Source: Methanobacteriota archaeon
GTDB lineage: Archaea > Halobacteriota > Bog-38 > Methanoflorentales > Methanoflorentaceae
NCBI GenBank assembly: GCA_963720465.1
Contig: OY970393.1
Span: forward strand, 2,176,001 to 2,240,000
Length of the DNA stretch: 64,000 nucleotides
Direction: 5' to 3'
Shown here piece by piece: positions 9,833 through 19,485 of the stretch. A model generated the notes under the pieces. It was not told the DNA's origin, did no database searches, and saw nothing but the letters and a program-made list of their open reading frames with translations. A program made the translations under genes and the position numbers. Each line of letters starts with the position of its first letter. The stretch's first letter is position 1.

Positions 9833-10203
9833 CTTTGTGAGCGTTAATGGCACACCCCGTACAAAAGGCGCACGCGGTCTAGGCGAGGTTGGTCCTCAGC
9901 CACGCTTGTCGAGTATTTGTCTGTCCGTTCTGGGCAAGATGCTTCAATCCTTCTGCTCTGAGCTTGTGCACTATTCACGGCTCCAAGCCGCAGTGCGTGT
10001 TCAACTATGCAGCTCTTAGTGGTTGGCAACGCTTTGATTTCAGCAACAAAAATGTCCTCCCACCACAAGATGAATGTTAGTTTAGCGCATTCAGTTATCA
10101 ATTTTTGCAAGTTTGTTGCATGGGGGATTTCGCAGCCACTTAATTGACAGAATGTGAATCATAACTTTTTTATGCGCAACGATCTTAAAGGACAGCGATA
10201 ATT

Positions 10204-10419
10204 ATGGCAGAAATTCCACTGGCAGTCGTTTTGCGAATAATGAAAGTTGCTGGAGCTGAAAGGGCTAATCGTACGGCAGTCAAAATGATTGCCGAGAAAG
10301 CTGAGGGTTATGGCAGCGACGTTGCCAAAGAGGCCGTTGTGCTGACGAAGCTCGCGGACCGAAAAACGATCTCGGCAAATGACATAAAACTAGCAGCGGA
10401 ACGAGTCAATCGGCGCTAA
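10204..10419 (+). CDS. Archaeal histone (HMf family), divergent
   Basis: E-I-P-L-A..RIMK.AGAER...RKTI...DIKLA aligns residue by residue with the HMf fold. Confidence 0.92.
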   Translation: MAEIPLAVVLRIMKVAGAERANRTAVKMIAEKAEGYGSDVAKEAVVLTKLADRKTISANDIKLAAERVNRR

Positions 10420-10496
10420 CGCTCAGCACATCGTTCGTAATATAAAGCAAGGGCCCACTTCGAGCTCCTCTCTCGAGGCTACTCAGGCTCGTGCAA

Positions 10497-10529
10497 ACCC
10501 CCTATGAAGGCACCCCCTATGAAGGCACC
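10497..10529. repeat. Perfect 15-bp tandem duplication ACCCCCTATGAAGGC x2 (+ACC)
   Basis: Copies at 10497-10511 and 10512-10526. Confidence 0.9.
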
Positions 10530-10591
10530 ACGTCGTGGTCCCGTTTTTAGGAAACGTGGCTTGCGGTAACCACCAGTATCGAGCCAGAGAA

Positions 10592-10662
10592 TGCGGTAGC
10601 CGGGACTCGAACCCGGGTTAAAGGCTTGGGAAGCCTTTGTGCTGCCTCTACACCACTACCGC
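10592..10662 (-). tRNA. tRNA-Gly(CCC), intronless
   Basis: Reverse complement GCGGTAG...AAGGC-TTCCCAA-GCCTT...CCGGG-TTCGAGT-CCCGG-CTACCGC-A. Confidence 0.96.
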
Positions 10663-10781
10663 GATAATACAGCTACATTCTTCGCTCCCAAACCATAAAT
10701 ATTATCATCCAGGTCCAACTCACAACACAGCCTAAACGCAAGGCATTTAAGCGCAGATGCTGATGTAGGTTGGGACTTTTT

Positions 10782-12524
10782 ATGCCAAATAACCTCAGGA
10801 CACCTATTGTTGCAGTGCTCGGCCACGTGGATCACGGTAAAACGACGATGCTTGACAAAATTCGCGGCACCACTATTGCTGCCCAAGAACCTGGCCTAAT
10901 CACTCAGCACATCGGCGCAACGGAAGTCCCGTTAGACATTATTGCGCGGCTTTGCGGTTCGCTCCTGGAAGGTATACGCCTCCCTGGGTTGCTATTTATC
11001 GATACGCCTGGCCATCACGCTTTTACGACGCTGCGCGCACGTGGCGGCGCTTTAGCAGACATCGCAATACTTGTTGTTGACATTAATGAGGGCTTCCAGC
11101 CGCAGACCACAGAAAGCCTCAATATCTTGAAACGCTACAAAACGCCCTTTATCGTCGCGGCTAACAAGATTGACAAAATACACGGATGGCTTTCCCATGA
11201 TAATATGATGTTCACCGAAGCGTTTAAGCTCCAGAGCGAGCGGACTCAACGCCTTCTTGACGACAGAATATACGTGCTGATAGAGGAGCTCTACAATTTG
11301 GGCTTTAGTTCAGATCGGTACGACAGGGTTAGAGATTTCACTAAAAACATAGGCGTTGTCCCAATAAGCGCGCGAACAGGCGAAGGCATCCCTGACCTCC
11401 TCATGGTTTCGCTTGGTCTCGCGCAGCGATTCCTCGACAAGGATCTGAGGCTTAATGCCAACGGTCCTGCATTTGGCACGGTAATAGAAATCAAAGAAGA
11501 AAAAGGGTTCGGCACGACCCTTGATGCTATCATATACGATGGCGTTCTGCATGCTGGTGATCGGATCGTAATCGGTGCATTGGGACGACCAATCGTCACG
11601 AAAATCAGAGCGTTGCTAAAACCAGAATCGACGGGGGCTCTCAAGAGGGTTAGGACAGTGACTGCAGCCGCGGGAGTGAAGATAGCAGCCCCGGGAATTG
11701 AAAATGCGCTTGCAGGTTCGCCGCTTAGAGTTACAACGGATGATACTGATGAAGTCGTCGCTGGCGTCGAATCTGAAATGCGTGAAATGGCGATCAGCAC
11801 TCAAGATATAGGCGTTATAATCAAAGCAGACACTATCGGCGCCCTAGAAGCGCTTGCAGGAGAGCTAAGTCGCAATGAGGTCCCTATCAGCATAGCCAAT
11901 CTAGGCGACGTCTCTCGTCGAGACGTTATTGAAGCTGAGACCACAAGTGACCCATTGTATGCCGTTGTACTTGGCTTCAACGTCCATGTCTTGCCCGACG
12001 CCAAAGAAGCAGCCGAGAAGTCGAGAGTTCGCTTATTCGTTAACGACGTGATCTACGGCTTAATCGAGGATTACCAGACCTGGGTTGAAAAACAAAAAAC
12101 GCTGTACGGCAAAAAGCGTTACGAGACTATCGTGAGGCCCGGCAAATTCAAGATACTGCCTGGCTATGTTTTCAGACAAAACAAACCAGCCATAGTCGGC
12201 ATTCAGGTGCTGGGCGGCACACTGCGTAATGGCGTCTACCTGATGCGAGAAGATGGAGCCAGGGTCGGCACACTGAAAGGCATGCAAGATAGAGGTGAGA
12301 ACGTCAGCGAGATAGGTGCAGGAAAAGAGGTCGCAGTTTCTATTGATGGACCCACAGTCGGAAGACAAATAAATGAAGGGGATGTACTCTACGTCGACGT
12401 GCCAGAAAAGCACGCAAAGGTAATGGAGCAAGAACTCTACGATGCGCTTGACCAAAGTGAGCGATTGATGTTCGATGAGTTTTTGACGATCAAGCGCAAA
12501 GATAACCCATTTTGGGCCAAGTGA
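10782..12524 (+). CDS. infB: Translation initiation factor IF-2 (aIF5B)
   Basis: LRTPIVAVLGHVDHGKTT, ITQHIGA, DTPGH, NKID; C-terminal NPFWAK. Confidence 0.97.
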   Translation: MPNNLRTPIVAVLGHVDHGKTTMLDKIRGTTIAAQEPGLITQHIGATEVPLDIIARLCGSLLEGIRLPGLLFIDTPGHHAFTTLRARGGALADIAILVVDINEGFQPQTTESLNILKRYKTPFIVAANKIDKIHGWLSHDNMMFTEAFKLQSERTQRLLDDRIYVLIEELYNLGFSSDRYDRVRDFTKNIGVVPISARTGEGIPDLLMVSLGLAQRFLDKDLRLNANGPAFGTVIEIKEEKGFGTTLDAIIYDGVLHAGDRIVIGALGRPIVTKIRALLKPESTGALKRVRTVTAAAGVKIAAPGIENALAGSPLRVTTDDTDEVVAGVESEMREMAISTQDIGVIIKADTIGALEALAGELSRNEVPISIANLGDVSRRDVIEAETTSDPLYAVVLGFNVHVLPDAKEAAEKSRVRLFVNDVIYGLIEDYQTWVEKQKTLYGKKRYETIVRPGKFKILPGYVFRQNKPAIVGIQVLGGTLRNGVYLMREDGARVGTLKGMQDRGENVSEIGAGKEVAVSIDGPTVGRQINEGDVLYVDVPEKHAKVMEQELYDALDQSERLMFDEFLTIKRKDNPFWAK

Positions 12525-12599
12525 ATTCCCCGCTCGTTTGATCTTCAAATTATCCAGGCATTCGTGCACAGCCGGCCAACAAACAGGAGAGTAATGTGA

Positions 12600-12995
12600 A
12601 TGGCGGAATTTAGGTTAATCATATCCGACCCAGGCAAGAAGAGCGCCTACAAGATGGAAGTGTCAGGTGCGCAAGCAAACAAGCTGTTTGGTCTAGGTAT
12701 CGGGGACTCACTCGATGGTGATGTGATCGGACTAAGCGATTATGCGCTTGTAATAACTGGCGGCTCAGACAAAGATGGCGTCGCTATGCGGCGAGATCTT
12801 CCCGGGACGGTCCGGAAAAGGCTGCTTCTTTCTGGAGGCATTGGGTATCATCCAAAAAAAACAGGGATAAGAAGGCGCAAGAGCATCCGCGGTCGCGTCA
12901 TTTCTGCAGAAACCGGTCAGATTAATCTCGTGGTAGGAAAAAGCGGTCCCAAGCCGCTCGATGAGATCTTGAAGGCTCAGAAAGGGGAGGAATAG
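12600..12995 (+). CDS. rps6e: 30S ribosomal protein S6e
   Basis: ITGGSDKDG, GIRRRKSIRG, QINL motifs. Confidence 0.96.
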   Translation: MAEFRLIISDPGKKSAYKMEVSGAQANKLFGLGIGDSLDGDVIGLSDYALVITGGSDKDGVAMRRDLPGTVRKRLLLSGGIGYHPKKTGIRRRKSIRGRVISAETGQINLVVGKSGPKPLDEILKAQKGEE

Positions 12996-13189
12996 CCTGC
13001 TGCTGTCTGAAGTGAGTTGCGTCCAGTCGTAAAATGTGCCACGTAGAGCAGCGCCGTCCGATTAGCTCCGTTAAAAAGCGTCTGCGTGCTCCGGTTTTCA
13101 GGAGGACTCACGTATCACAAGCGCAGTTCCCTAGTTTACGCCTATTTAAACCAAGCGCCCAAAAGTGCCTCACGTTTGCCGCTTGGCTA

Positions 13190-14290
13190 TTAACCGAGCT
13201 GCGCAGTCTCTTGTCCTCTGATGAGGCTGCGAAATTTGGTGTGAACTGCTGCTATTTGTTGCAGTTGTTCTTTGTCTCTCTTGTCCAGAACGCTCAAACG
13301 CGGAAACTCTGTGTCGTCAGATGCATTAGCAAAAAAAAGCGCTAGCTCGGGTCGCAAGGCCTGTTTTGGTACTAGGCGCGGGTCTCTCGCGAATTCGCGA
13401 CACTCAACTTCCCATAACGTGGCCAAGTCAAATGCCGATTTGAGTCCGTCCTCTCGGAACGCGGTCAAAACGAGGTAAAGGGGACGAATGTCAGCGCACG
13501 CCATGCCAATGTTGGCATAGGGTAGCGCGTAAGAGTTTCCATTGAACGCAATAGAAATCCCGCCCGCGTTTCGAATCTCTTGAAGCATTTTGTAGTCCGT
13601 AATGCTATCGCCGATTACCGCAGTGTCTGTCTGCCTGCCCACGCCGATCGCTGACATCAAGGCCCGAACTTTTCGCTTACCGCCGACTACTGTGATCTGG
13701 TCGAAGATCGCTTTAATTCGCGTACGAGGTGCAATTTCAAAGAAGAACTCATCAAGCTGGGTTGCCAATCTTCCAAAAGTTGAGGTCTCTGCGTCGTTAG
13801 CGTGGGAATAAAACGAGAGGATCTGGTTTTGAATCTCTTGGATTAACGCTATCTCGCGTTCTTCTACCATGCCGGAAAAAGAATCTAAGGGAAAGCGGGT
13901 GCAGTGCACTTTTTCGCGCTCAACATCAAGCTTTGAAGCTACATTGTAAGCGTGCTGCTCGTAGCTGGTTGAAATAATATGCACGTTCCACATTTCATCC
14001 TTCAGCCACTTGATGAGCTCTCTGGCGCCGCCGACCAGTTGCGCTCGAGAGGAGGCTTTTCGAACATCCTGCTCTGTTATTCCGTTAACGATCAAAAAAG
14101 GAACTATAAGCTGCAGTGTATCGCCAGGCTCATAGTTGGGTCTGTTTTGAATAGCGAGATAATCATCATACCTGCTTAAGACTTCAAACAGCGCGGGTCC
14201 GTCTCTGATTGAGTGCATTACTTCGTATGCATTATCTTGCGGAGACAAGGGCCCTTCCAAATCGAAAGCAGCTGTAAACTGGCGAGGCAC
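13190..14290 (-). CDS. HAD-superfamily hydrolase, EhaR-like
   Basis: FDLEGP (HAD motif I), SRYDDYL, GDTL, GDSITD, FNGN.YA. Confidence 0.8.
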   Translation of the reverse strand: MPRQFTAAFDLEGPLSPQDNAYEVMHSIRDGPALFEVLSRYDDYLAIQNRPNYEPGDTLQLIVPFLIVNGITEQDVRKASSRAQLVGGARELIKWLKDEMWNVHIISTSYEQHAYNVASKLDVEREKVHCTRFPLDSFSGMVEEREIALIQEIQNQILSFYSHANDAETSTFGRLATQLDEFFFEIAPRTRIKAIFDQITVVGGKRKVRALMSAIGVGRQTDTAVIGDSITDYKMLQEIRNAGGISIAFNGNSYALPYANIGMACADIRPLYLVLTAFREDGLKSAFDLATLWEVECREFARDPRLVPKQALRPELALFFANASDDTEFPRLSVLDKRDKEQLQQIAAVHTKFRSLIRGQETAQLG

Positions 14291-14566
14291 ATTTATATGG
14301 TCTCTCTTCAGATATCAAATATGTTGCCTAAGATAACGCTAGCAAGCCTAGCAAAATAGAACGGCAAAGATTTCGACTTTTAATGTGGATTAATTGGGAT
14401 CGCTAGTTAAGGACGAGAAGTAGCGATATTACCAAAAAGAACCGTATGTGCCTGTGAAAAGGCGTAAGTAAATGAGTGATGCGGCGGGCGCGGCGACAAA
14501 AGGGGGGATTGAAATGGGCGGAGATGTTCTAGAGGTGAGGCCACGGCACCGCGTTATTGAACTAAG

Positions 14567-15145
14567 CTATAGCACCTCGCTTCCCCCGATTTTGTTTCTC
14601 ATGTCTTGTAGCCGATGCGAAATTAGCCACTTGAGCTGCCCGACGTCGTGTCTCTTAGCGCTGATCGGCACTACGCGGTCGGCCCACTGTTTGTAAGGGG
14701 GGAGCATTCCGAGTCGCGACACTATCTTGTCTAAGCTGGCTTCGTGCTCTTCGATCTTGTCCATTTTGTTGATTGCAATTATAGGGTCAATCTCAAAATC
14801 AAGCAAATACTCGAATAAATCAACGTCAAGAGGCTTAAAATGCCGTTCCGTGATCTCTAGGAATGATTTTCCATCGATGACTTGGACGCCTAATGACTGT
14901 GGTCGCCGCTTGTGCCGTTCGCCCTCGATAACGTCGCTTAGCACGCGTCGGTAACCACTCAGCCCACGCCGGAATCCGATTCCAGGCAAATCTATAACTA
15001 TGAAACTATCAAGTTGATATCTCACCGGCGCTCTTGTCACGCCCGGACGTCTTCCAATTCGCGTTTTTAGCCCAAAAAGCTCTTTAAGTACCGCTGACTT
15101 ACCCGCGTTTGCTCTTCCGACGAAAAATACTTCAATTTCCTTCAT
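14567..15145 (-). CDS. engB: GTP-binding protein EngB/YihA family
   Basis: GRANAGKS, RPGVT, DLPG, NKMD, ISAK GTPase motifs. Confidence 0.9.
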   Translation of the reverse strand: MKEIEVFFVGRANAGKSAVLKELFGLKTRIGRRPGVTRAPVRYQLDSFIVIDLPGIGFRRGLSGYRRVLSDVIEGERHKRRPQSLGVQVIDGKSFLEITERHFKPLDVDLFEYLLDFEIDPIIAINKMDKIEEHEASLDKIVSRLGMLPPYKQWADRVVPISAKRHDVGQLKWLISHRLQDMRNKIGGSEVL

Positions 15146-15207
15146 AGCTCACTTGGCTACGCCAGCTTCCGATTCTCGCGATTCTGATGTGCTCGATTGT
15201 CAGTTCG

Positions 15208-15498
15208 TCACGTTCCACGCTTGTGTCTTACATAAACTAAAGCTAAGCACAACGCAACTAAAACTGCTGCGTTGGCCGGCACCAGGGTCGAAGCCGTCAG
15301 GCCTACGCTACCCGTCAAGCTGAGTGCGACTGAAATTGCTGTTAGGACCCCCACGCCTATGCCAAAAGATGTGACCAGCGTCTCAATCACGTCAAGATCG
15401 CGTACTTTGAGGCCGACAAGGATCAAATAGCCCGGAAGCAAAACCAAGTAGATTATTCCGAGAATGAAGAGCAAGATGCTTGAAAAGTCAATGTACAC
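15208..15498 (-). CDS. Small membrane protein (DUF1616-like), homologous to the N-terminus of the adjacent large membrane protein
   Basis: GTG start with GGAG Shine-Dalgarno; three TM helices; LLPGY...E..S..I motif. Confidence 0.75.
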   Translation of the reverse strand: MYIDFSSILLFILGIIYLVLLPGYLILVGLKVRDLDVIETLVTSFGIGVGVLTAISVALSLTGSVGLTASTLVPANAAVLVALCLALVYVRHKRGT

Positions 15499-15561
15499 GT
15501 CGAGGTTCTCCTGTTGCAATAACGAGGCCTTCAACAGCCTCCGCTTCGGTAATGCGGGAGT

Positions 15562-17505
15562 CTAACTGTTCTTCACCTTGTATATGGTAACCATAGGATT
15601 TGAATACACGCTCTGAAAATAGTTGGTATCTTTGAGAGTGGTAGCAATTGTATACTGTTGCTCGCGCGAACCCACAAAAACGTACGACACGTTGTGCTGC
15701 GTAAGGCTGAGGCTCAGCGATTCGGGGTTGCGCTCGTTCATGAGTGCGTCTATCTGTGTTTGCAAATTGACGCCGTTGTACTGAATCGTATAGATGGAGC
15801 CTGCAAAAACCACCCTTCGTCCGGTCTCTAGCGGAATGCGCGGAAAAGTGGAAGGCGCCTCGAGAAAGATTGCGTCCTTAGGGGTATTTACTGTTATCCA
15901 CTGCAAAGCTTGTACTTCAGCGGGTGAAGCGAGAACGTATGACTCGTTGTTATAAAAGTCCCAAAGCAGATACGACGTGGGAAGCGCAAGCACAAGTGCT
16001 GCCACAATGGCCAGTACTTTGAGAGCCATCTTTGGTGATGAAAAGTGAGCGGCTGTCAATTTGGCTACTACGGTCGACATATAGTAGCTGGCAAAAAGGG
16101 CGACTGGAAGCCACAAGAATACCAAGAACCGATAGCTGTTATTAGTTAATGGGAGGGCTACGATATTCATGGCTATTATCGCGGAAAAGGCGAAAAGCAG
16201 GAGCGGCTTGCTTGCTTCATTGTTCAACGACAGATAAGCTCCGGCACACGCAAGAATTGCTATAAGACCGAACACGAGCAAAATGAAAAAGAGCGAATAA
16301 GTTGAAAATGCCACTGCAACTTGAGAGGGTCCCCCGATAAGCAAGAATAGAAGAGGCGAAGCGATTGCACCACCAACTGCGAGAGCGCCAGCGTGATACT
16401 GCGCGCACGTAACATGTCTTCTCGCATATTTGTAGACCACATAGATGCCAACTGCTACGTACAATGGTAACGCAGTTATGAGATGATAATAGGGCAGCAC
16501 GCCCAGCGTGAGCCCGAAAAGCAACAAATTTCGTGCTTTAAGGTCCTTTATCAGCGTCACCCACAAGATGAACGCAAATACAAGAATTACCAAAGCAAAT
16601 GTTTGTGGTTGTGGCAGCAAAAAGTACAGCAGAGTCTGATCATATTTAACAGCTGCAGTGTCGGTAAATTGATAAATCAGGTAAGGAAAAACATCGCTCG
16701 GCCTTTGAGCGAGGACCAAAATCCACGCGAGCCCCCCGCCGACCGTGTACAGGATCATAGAAATTAATGCAGTCGCGTTATTAAACGTCCTTCGACACAG
16801 CACGTAGATGTTTATTGAAAGGGCAAAGAAGAGAAGTGGAATCGTGATCTTGAAGATCGTCAGGGAACTAATGCCGGTCACAATGCTCAGTGTCCCCACG
16901 TAGACGTGCATGAAAAAATCATAAACTACATAGTGCGATGGGAGATACGGATTTTCGGGCGGTATGTGTGGGGATTCAACGAATCGTGCTATAATGGAAA
17001 GGTGGAAGTTCAGGTCACCCGCTTCTGTGGGATTCATCACCAGTCCTTCATCGTTAACGACTGGTGACTTAGAGAGGGGAACGCTGACTACGAGCGCGAG
17101 CACAACAGCAAGCAGAATTGGAAGCGCGACAAACGCCAATTTGTGACTCGGCCTGTCTGTCGTAATGTTGCTCTCGGGCGGTTTTACGCTATTTTTTCGA
17201 AAAACAAATGACAATATCGAGACTGTGATGACTGCGAGCCCAAGAGCGGCTCCAGTCATCGCGATGCCGACGCCTGTAAGGTACAGCACTGTCGCCGCAG
17301 TCGGCACTAACACGAGCGTTAGGGAAATAGAGTAACTTATGGCCTCTAAAAGGCCTATGTGCTTGCCCGATTTATAAAGCACATAGAAGCCCAGACCAGG
17401 CAGTATAAAGAGTAATGGAAGTGAGAGGGACTGTAAAGGGAGCAGCAGCAGTACCCCAATTGCTGCCGTCCAGCACTGATATGGAATGAGCTGCGGCCTT
17501 ATCAT
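15562..17505 (-). CDS. Polytopic membrane protein, GT-C/STT3-like glycosyltransferase
   Basis: More than 12 TM helices; GDLNFH luminal motif, YRFL motif, C-terminal domain with ALQWI..NTP and VSYVFVG...IYKV; start set at MIRPQ. Confidence 0.75.
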   Translation of the reverse strand: MIRPQLIPYQCWTAAIGVLLLLPLQSLSLPLLFILPGLGFYVLYKSGKHIGLLEAISYSISLTLVLVPTAATVLYLTGVGIAMTGAALGLAVITVSILSFVFRKNSVKPPESNITTDRPSHKLAFVALPILLAVVLALVVSVPLSKSPVVNDEGLVMNPTEAGDLNFHLSIIARFVESPHIPPENPYLPSHYVVYDFFMHVYVGTLSIVTGISSLTIFKITIPLLFFALSINIYVLCRRTFNNATALISMILYTVGGGLAWILVLAQRPSDVFPYLIYQFTDTAAVKYDQTLLYFLLPQPQTFALVILVFAFILWVTLIKDLKARNLLLFGLTLGVLPYYHLITALPLYVAVGIYVVYKYARRHVTCAQYHAGALAVGGAIASPLLFLLIGGPSQVAVAFSTYSLFFILLVFGLIAILACAGAYLSLNNEASKPLLLFAFSAIIAMNIVALPLTNNSYRFLVFLWLPVALFASYYMSTVVAKLTAAHFSSPKMALKVLAIVAALVLALPTSYLLWDFYNNESYVLASPAEVQALQWITVNTPKDAIFLEAPSTFPRIPLETGRRVVFAGSIYTIQYNGVNLQTQIDALMNERNPESLSLSLTQHNVSYVFVGSREQQYTIATTLKDTNYFQSVYSNPMVTIYKVKNS

Positions 17506-17512
17506 GGTACAC

Positions 17513-18637
17513 TTACGTTTCTGGGTGCCTCTCAATGGCTCTTCCGACGCGGGCGTCGAGGAACTGCAGGACCGCAAATGCTCCAATTCCGCCTGCGACA
17601 ATCAACGACTCAATGAAGAAGGTCAGAAATCTGTCCATGAATATATCAATTCCAAGCAAATCGTTCTTCGTGAGCAAGAGCGAGGCTATAATCCACGAGT
17701 ACAACAAGAACCGCTTGTCGACCTTGTTTCTTTCAAGCCAGACAAGCCCGATCGCGGTAAAAGGAAGGACTAGCAGCCCAGCTTGATCGAAGAATCCCAC
17801 CCTAAACGCGCTCGCGAAGAAATCGACCGGGGTGCCTTCGTGATATTTGACTTGAGCTATCCCCAGAATGCTTAAGGTATGCAAGGAGTAGACTTGCCAT
17901 AATCCATAGACTGCAATCGCTGCAACGAGGGGGACAATTGCCTTAAGAAACTCACTCCTGTTTTTGATCTGTGTGAGGGCGTACAAAGCCAAAACGAGGG
18001 CTAGGACTAGAAGCGTGATTTGATGCGTCAACGCCGTTACTGCGGCTGCGATGACGGAGAGCGCCACGTATCCGTTAAACTGAAAAGGCCCTCCCGTTCT
18101 GTTTTTCAGAATAAAAAAGAGAGTAAGCGGAAACATAACGAGTCCAAGGAGCTCTGGCAGGGCCCGAATCGTGAAGATCGTTATGTCCGGCGACAGCGTC
18201 AGGAAGAATAGAGCGCAAACGGCTGCGCTCGCTCCTACAAGCTGCTTCGAGAATGTGTAAATAACGCCGAATACGGCGATCGCCAGCGCAATCGTCATCA
18301 GGCCTGACATCACCATTGGATCTATTCCGGAAAACGCCGACTGCGACACTATGAGTAGCCGATATGCCGGAACGTAAAAGTTCGGAAAGCCGCCGTTGTA
18401 TGAGAGCTCCTGGGTCGGGTAGTGCCCTGATTCTAGCGTCAGCCGTTCTATTCCTACGTGATACATGGTGTTTCCGTACGTAGGTATCACGTAGCCTCCT
18501 AGGACATTCAGACGGTAACTCACAAACAAGATGAATAGAGTGACAATGACGACGTATCTGAGAACGGTCCCAGCGTCAAGCGATGTGAAACGATCGCGAA
18601 TTTTTGCTTTGTCAAGCCACTTGATAGATTCGAACAT
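17513..18637 (-). CDS. GT-C-like TM core domain protein
   Basis: GNTMYH..I motif after the first TM, THQ, DRFL; stops where the intact paralogue continues; start set at MFESIK. Confidence 0.75.
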   Translation of the reverse strand: MFESIKWLDKAKIRDRFTSLDAGTVLRYVVIVTLFILFVSYRLNVLGGYVIPTYGNTMYHVGIERLTLESGHYPTQELSYNGGFPNFYVPAYRLLIVSQSAFSGIDPMVMSGLMTIALAIAVFGVIYTFSKQLVGASAAVCALFFLTLSPDITIFTIRALPELLGLVMFPLTLFFILKNRTGGPFQFNGYVALSVIAAAVTALTHQITLLVLALVLALYALTQIKNRSEFLKAIVPLVAAIAVYGLWQVYSLHTLSILGIAQVKYHEGTPVDFFASAFRVGFFDQAGLLVLPFTAIGLVWLERNKVDKRFLLYSWIIASLLLTKNDLLGIDIFMDRFLTFFIESLIVAGGIGAFAVLQFLDARVGRAIERHPET

Positions 18638-19112
18638 CCTGATTTGAATATTGGAGCTTGAAGTATTCGCTGTTTTCAAATTTGGTTGCGTTAACCGATA
18701 TCCAGCCAAATCCGCAGAAAACTTGTCTGTTGAGCGGAACGAAAACATAGCTCAAGTCGTATTGTTTGCATAAAGCGTAAGCCTCGCTCGCGCTGGGCGT
18801 TTGGTAGATCTGCTGCGAGGCCTTCATATTCGAGATGGGGTCCGGCGCGTTGGACCAGTCGCCACCCACAATAGGAATGCGGGTGGTCATTCCCATTATT
18901 AGCTCTCCGCCGAAGATGTCCGCCTCAAAATGAGCTGTAGGTAGCGTGTTAGCTTTTATCCATAAGGTAGAGTTGAGCTCTCCGCTAGTCACAACGGGAG
19001 CGAGCCATGGATCACTCTGCGTCCGCACGCTTGCCATGCCGTAGGTAGCCGTTAACAGGAGTATCACGACCAAAAACGAGATTCGAATAAGATTTCGTGT
19101 TAAGCGGACCAT
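18612..19112 (-). CDS. Membrane-anchored protein equivalent to the GT-C/STT3 C-terminal extracellular domain
   Basis: N-terminal TM followed by LWIKANTLP...LSYVFVP...YFKLQYSN..VRIYQV. Confidence 0.75.
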   Translation of the reverse strand: MVRLTRNLIRISFLVVILLLTATYGMASVRTQSDPWLAPVVTSGELNSTLWIKANTLPTAHFEADIFGGELIMGMTTRIPIVGGDWSNAPDPISNMKASQQIYQTPSASEAYALCKQYDLSYVFVPLNRQVFCGFGWISVNATKFENSEYFKLQYSNQDVRIYQVA

Positions 19113-19451
19113 GAAACTGCGTTTGTAATTGTATCTCTACTATTAAGCTCTTACACTGCGCCCGTCAGACCTACAGTTGGCGCCGTTGGACTACAACGCC
19201 CGCAGAACTAAGCGGACAGCTAGAGTTTTTGAAACGGTCAAAAACATTCCGCTGCTGGTCCTATTTAATTGCCGATATCATTGTCAGCTAGCGCATCAAT
19301 TTACGCACTGGCTATCGTAGGAGCGCTACTGCGACCGCAATTTCTGGCACGGTCAATTGCTTTGCCGTCGAGGACGTCGCCCGGATTGAGCTTGCAGCGC
19401 AAGCTATTAACGATTGCTCGTCACGCTTGATGAAGTGAATGCTTGCACTTG

Positions 19452-19485
19452 GGCAGTCGACCACATTTGAGGCAGTCGACCGCAT
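19452..19485. repeat. Imperfect 15-bp direct repeat GGCAGTCGACC(A/G)CAT x2
   Basis: Copies at 19452-19466 and 19471-19485 within a long intergenic region. Confidence 0.7.

Noticed and set aside
10497-10529. Repeat as a mini CRISPR array
   Set aside because: 15-bp units abut with no spacer, and no cas genes are present
14490-14520. ACAAAAGGGGGG as an ORB origin element
   Set aside because: Only the G-string is present, in one copy, without the TTCCA..GAAA core or an adjacent cdc6
17513-18748. Long overlaps among the membrane-protein ORFs as evidence of one frameshifted gene
   Set aside because: Overlaps shrink or vanish with downstream ATG starts (18637, 17505), and the domain order is reversed, which a frameshift cannot explain
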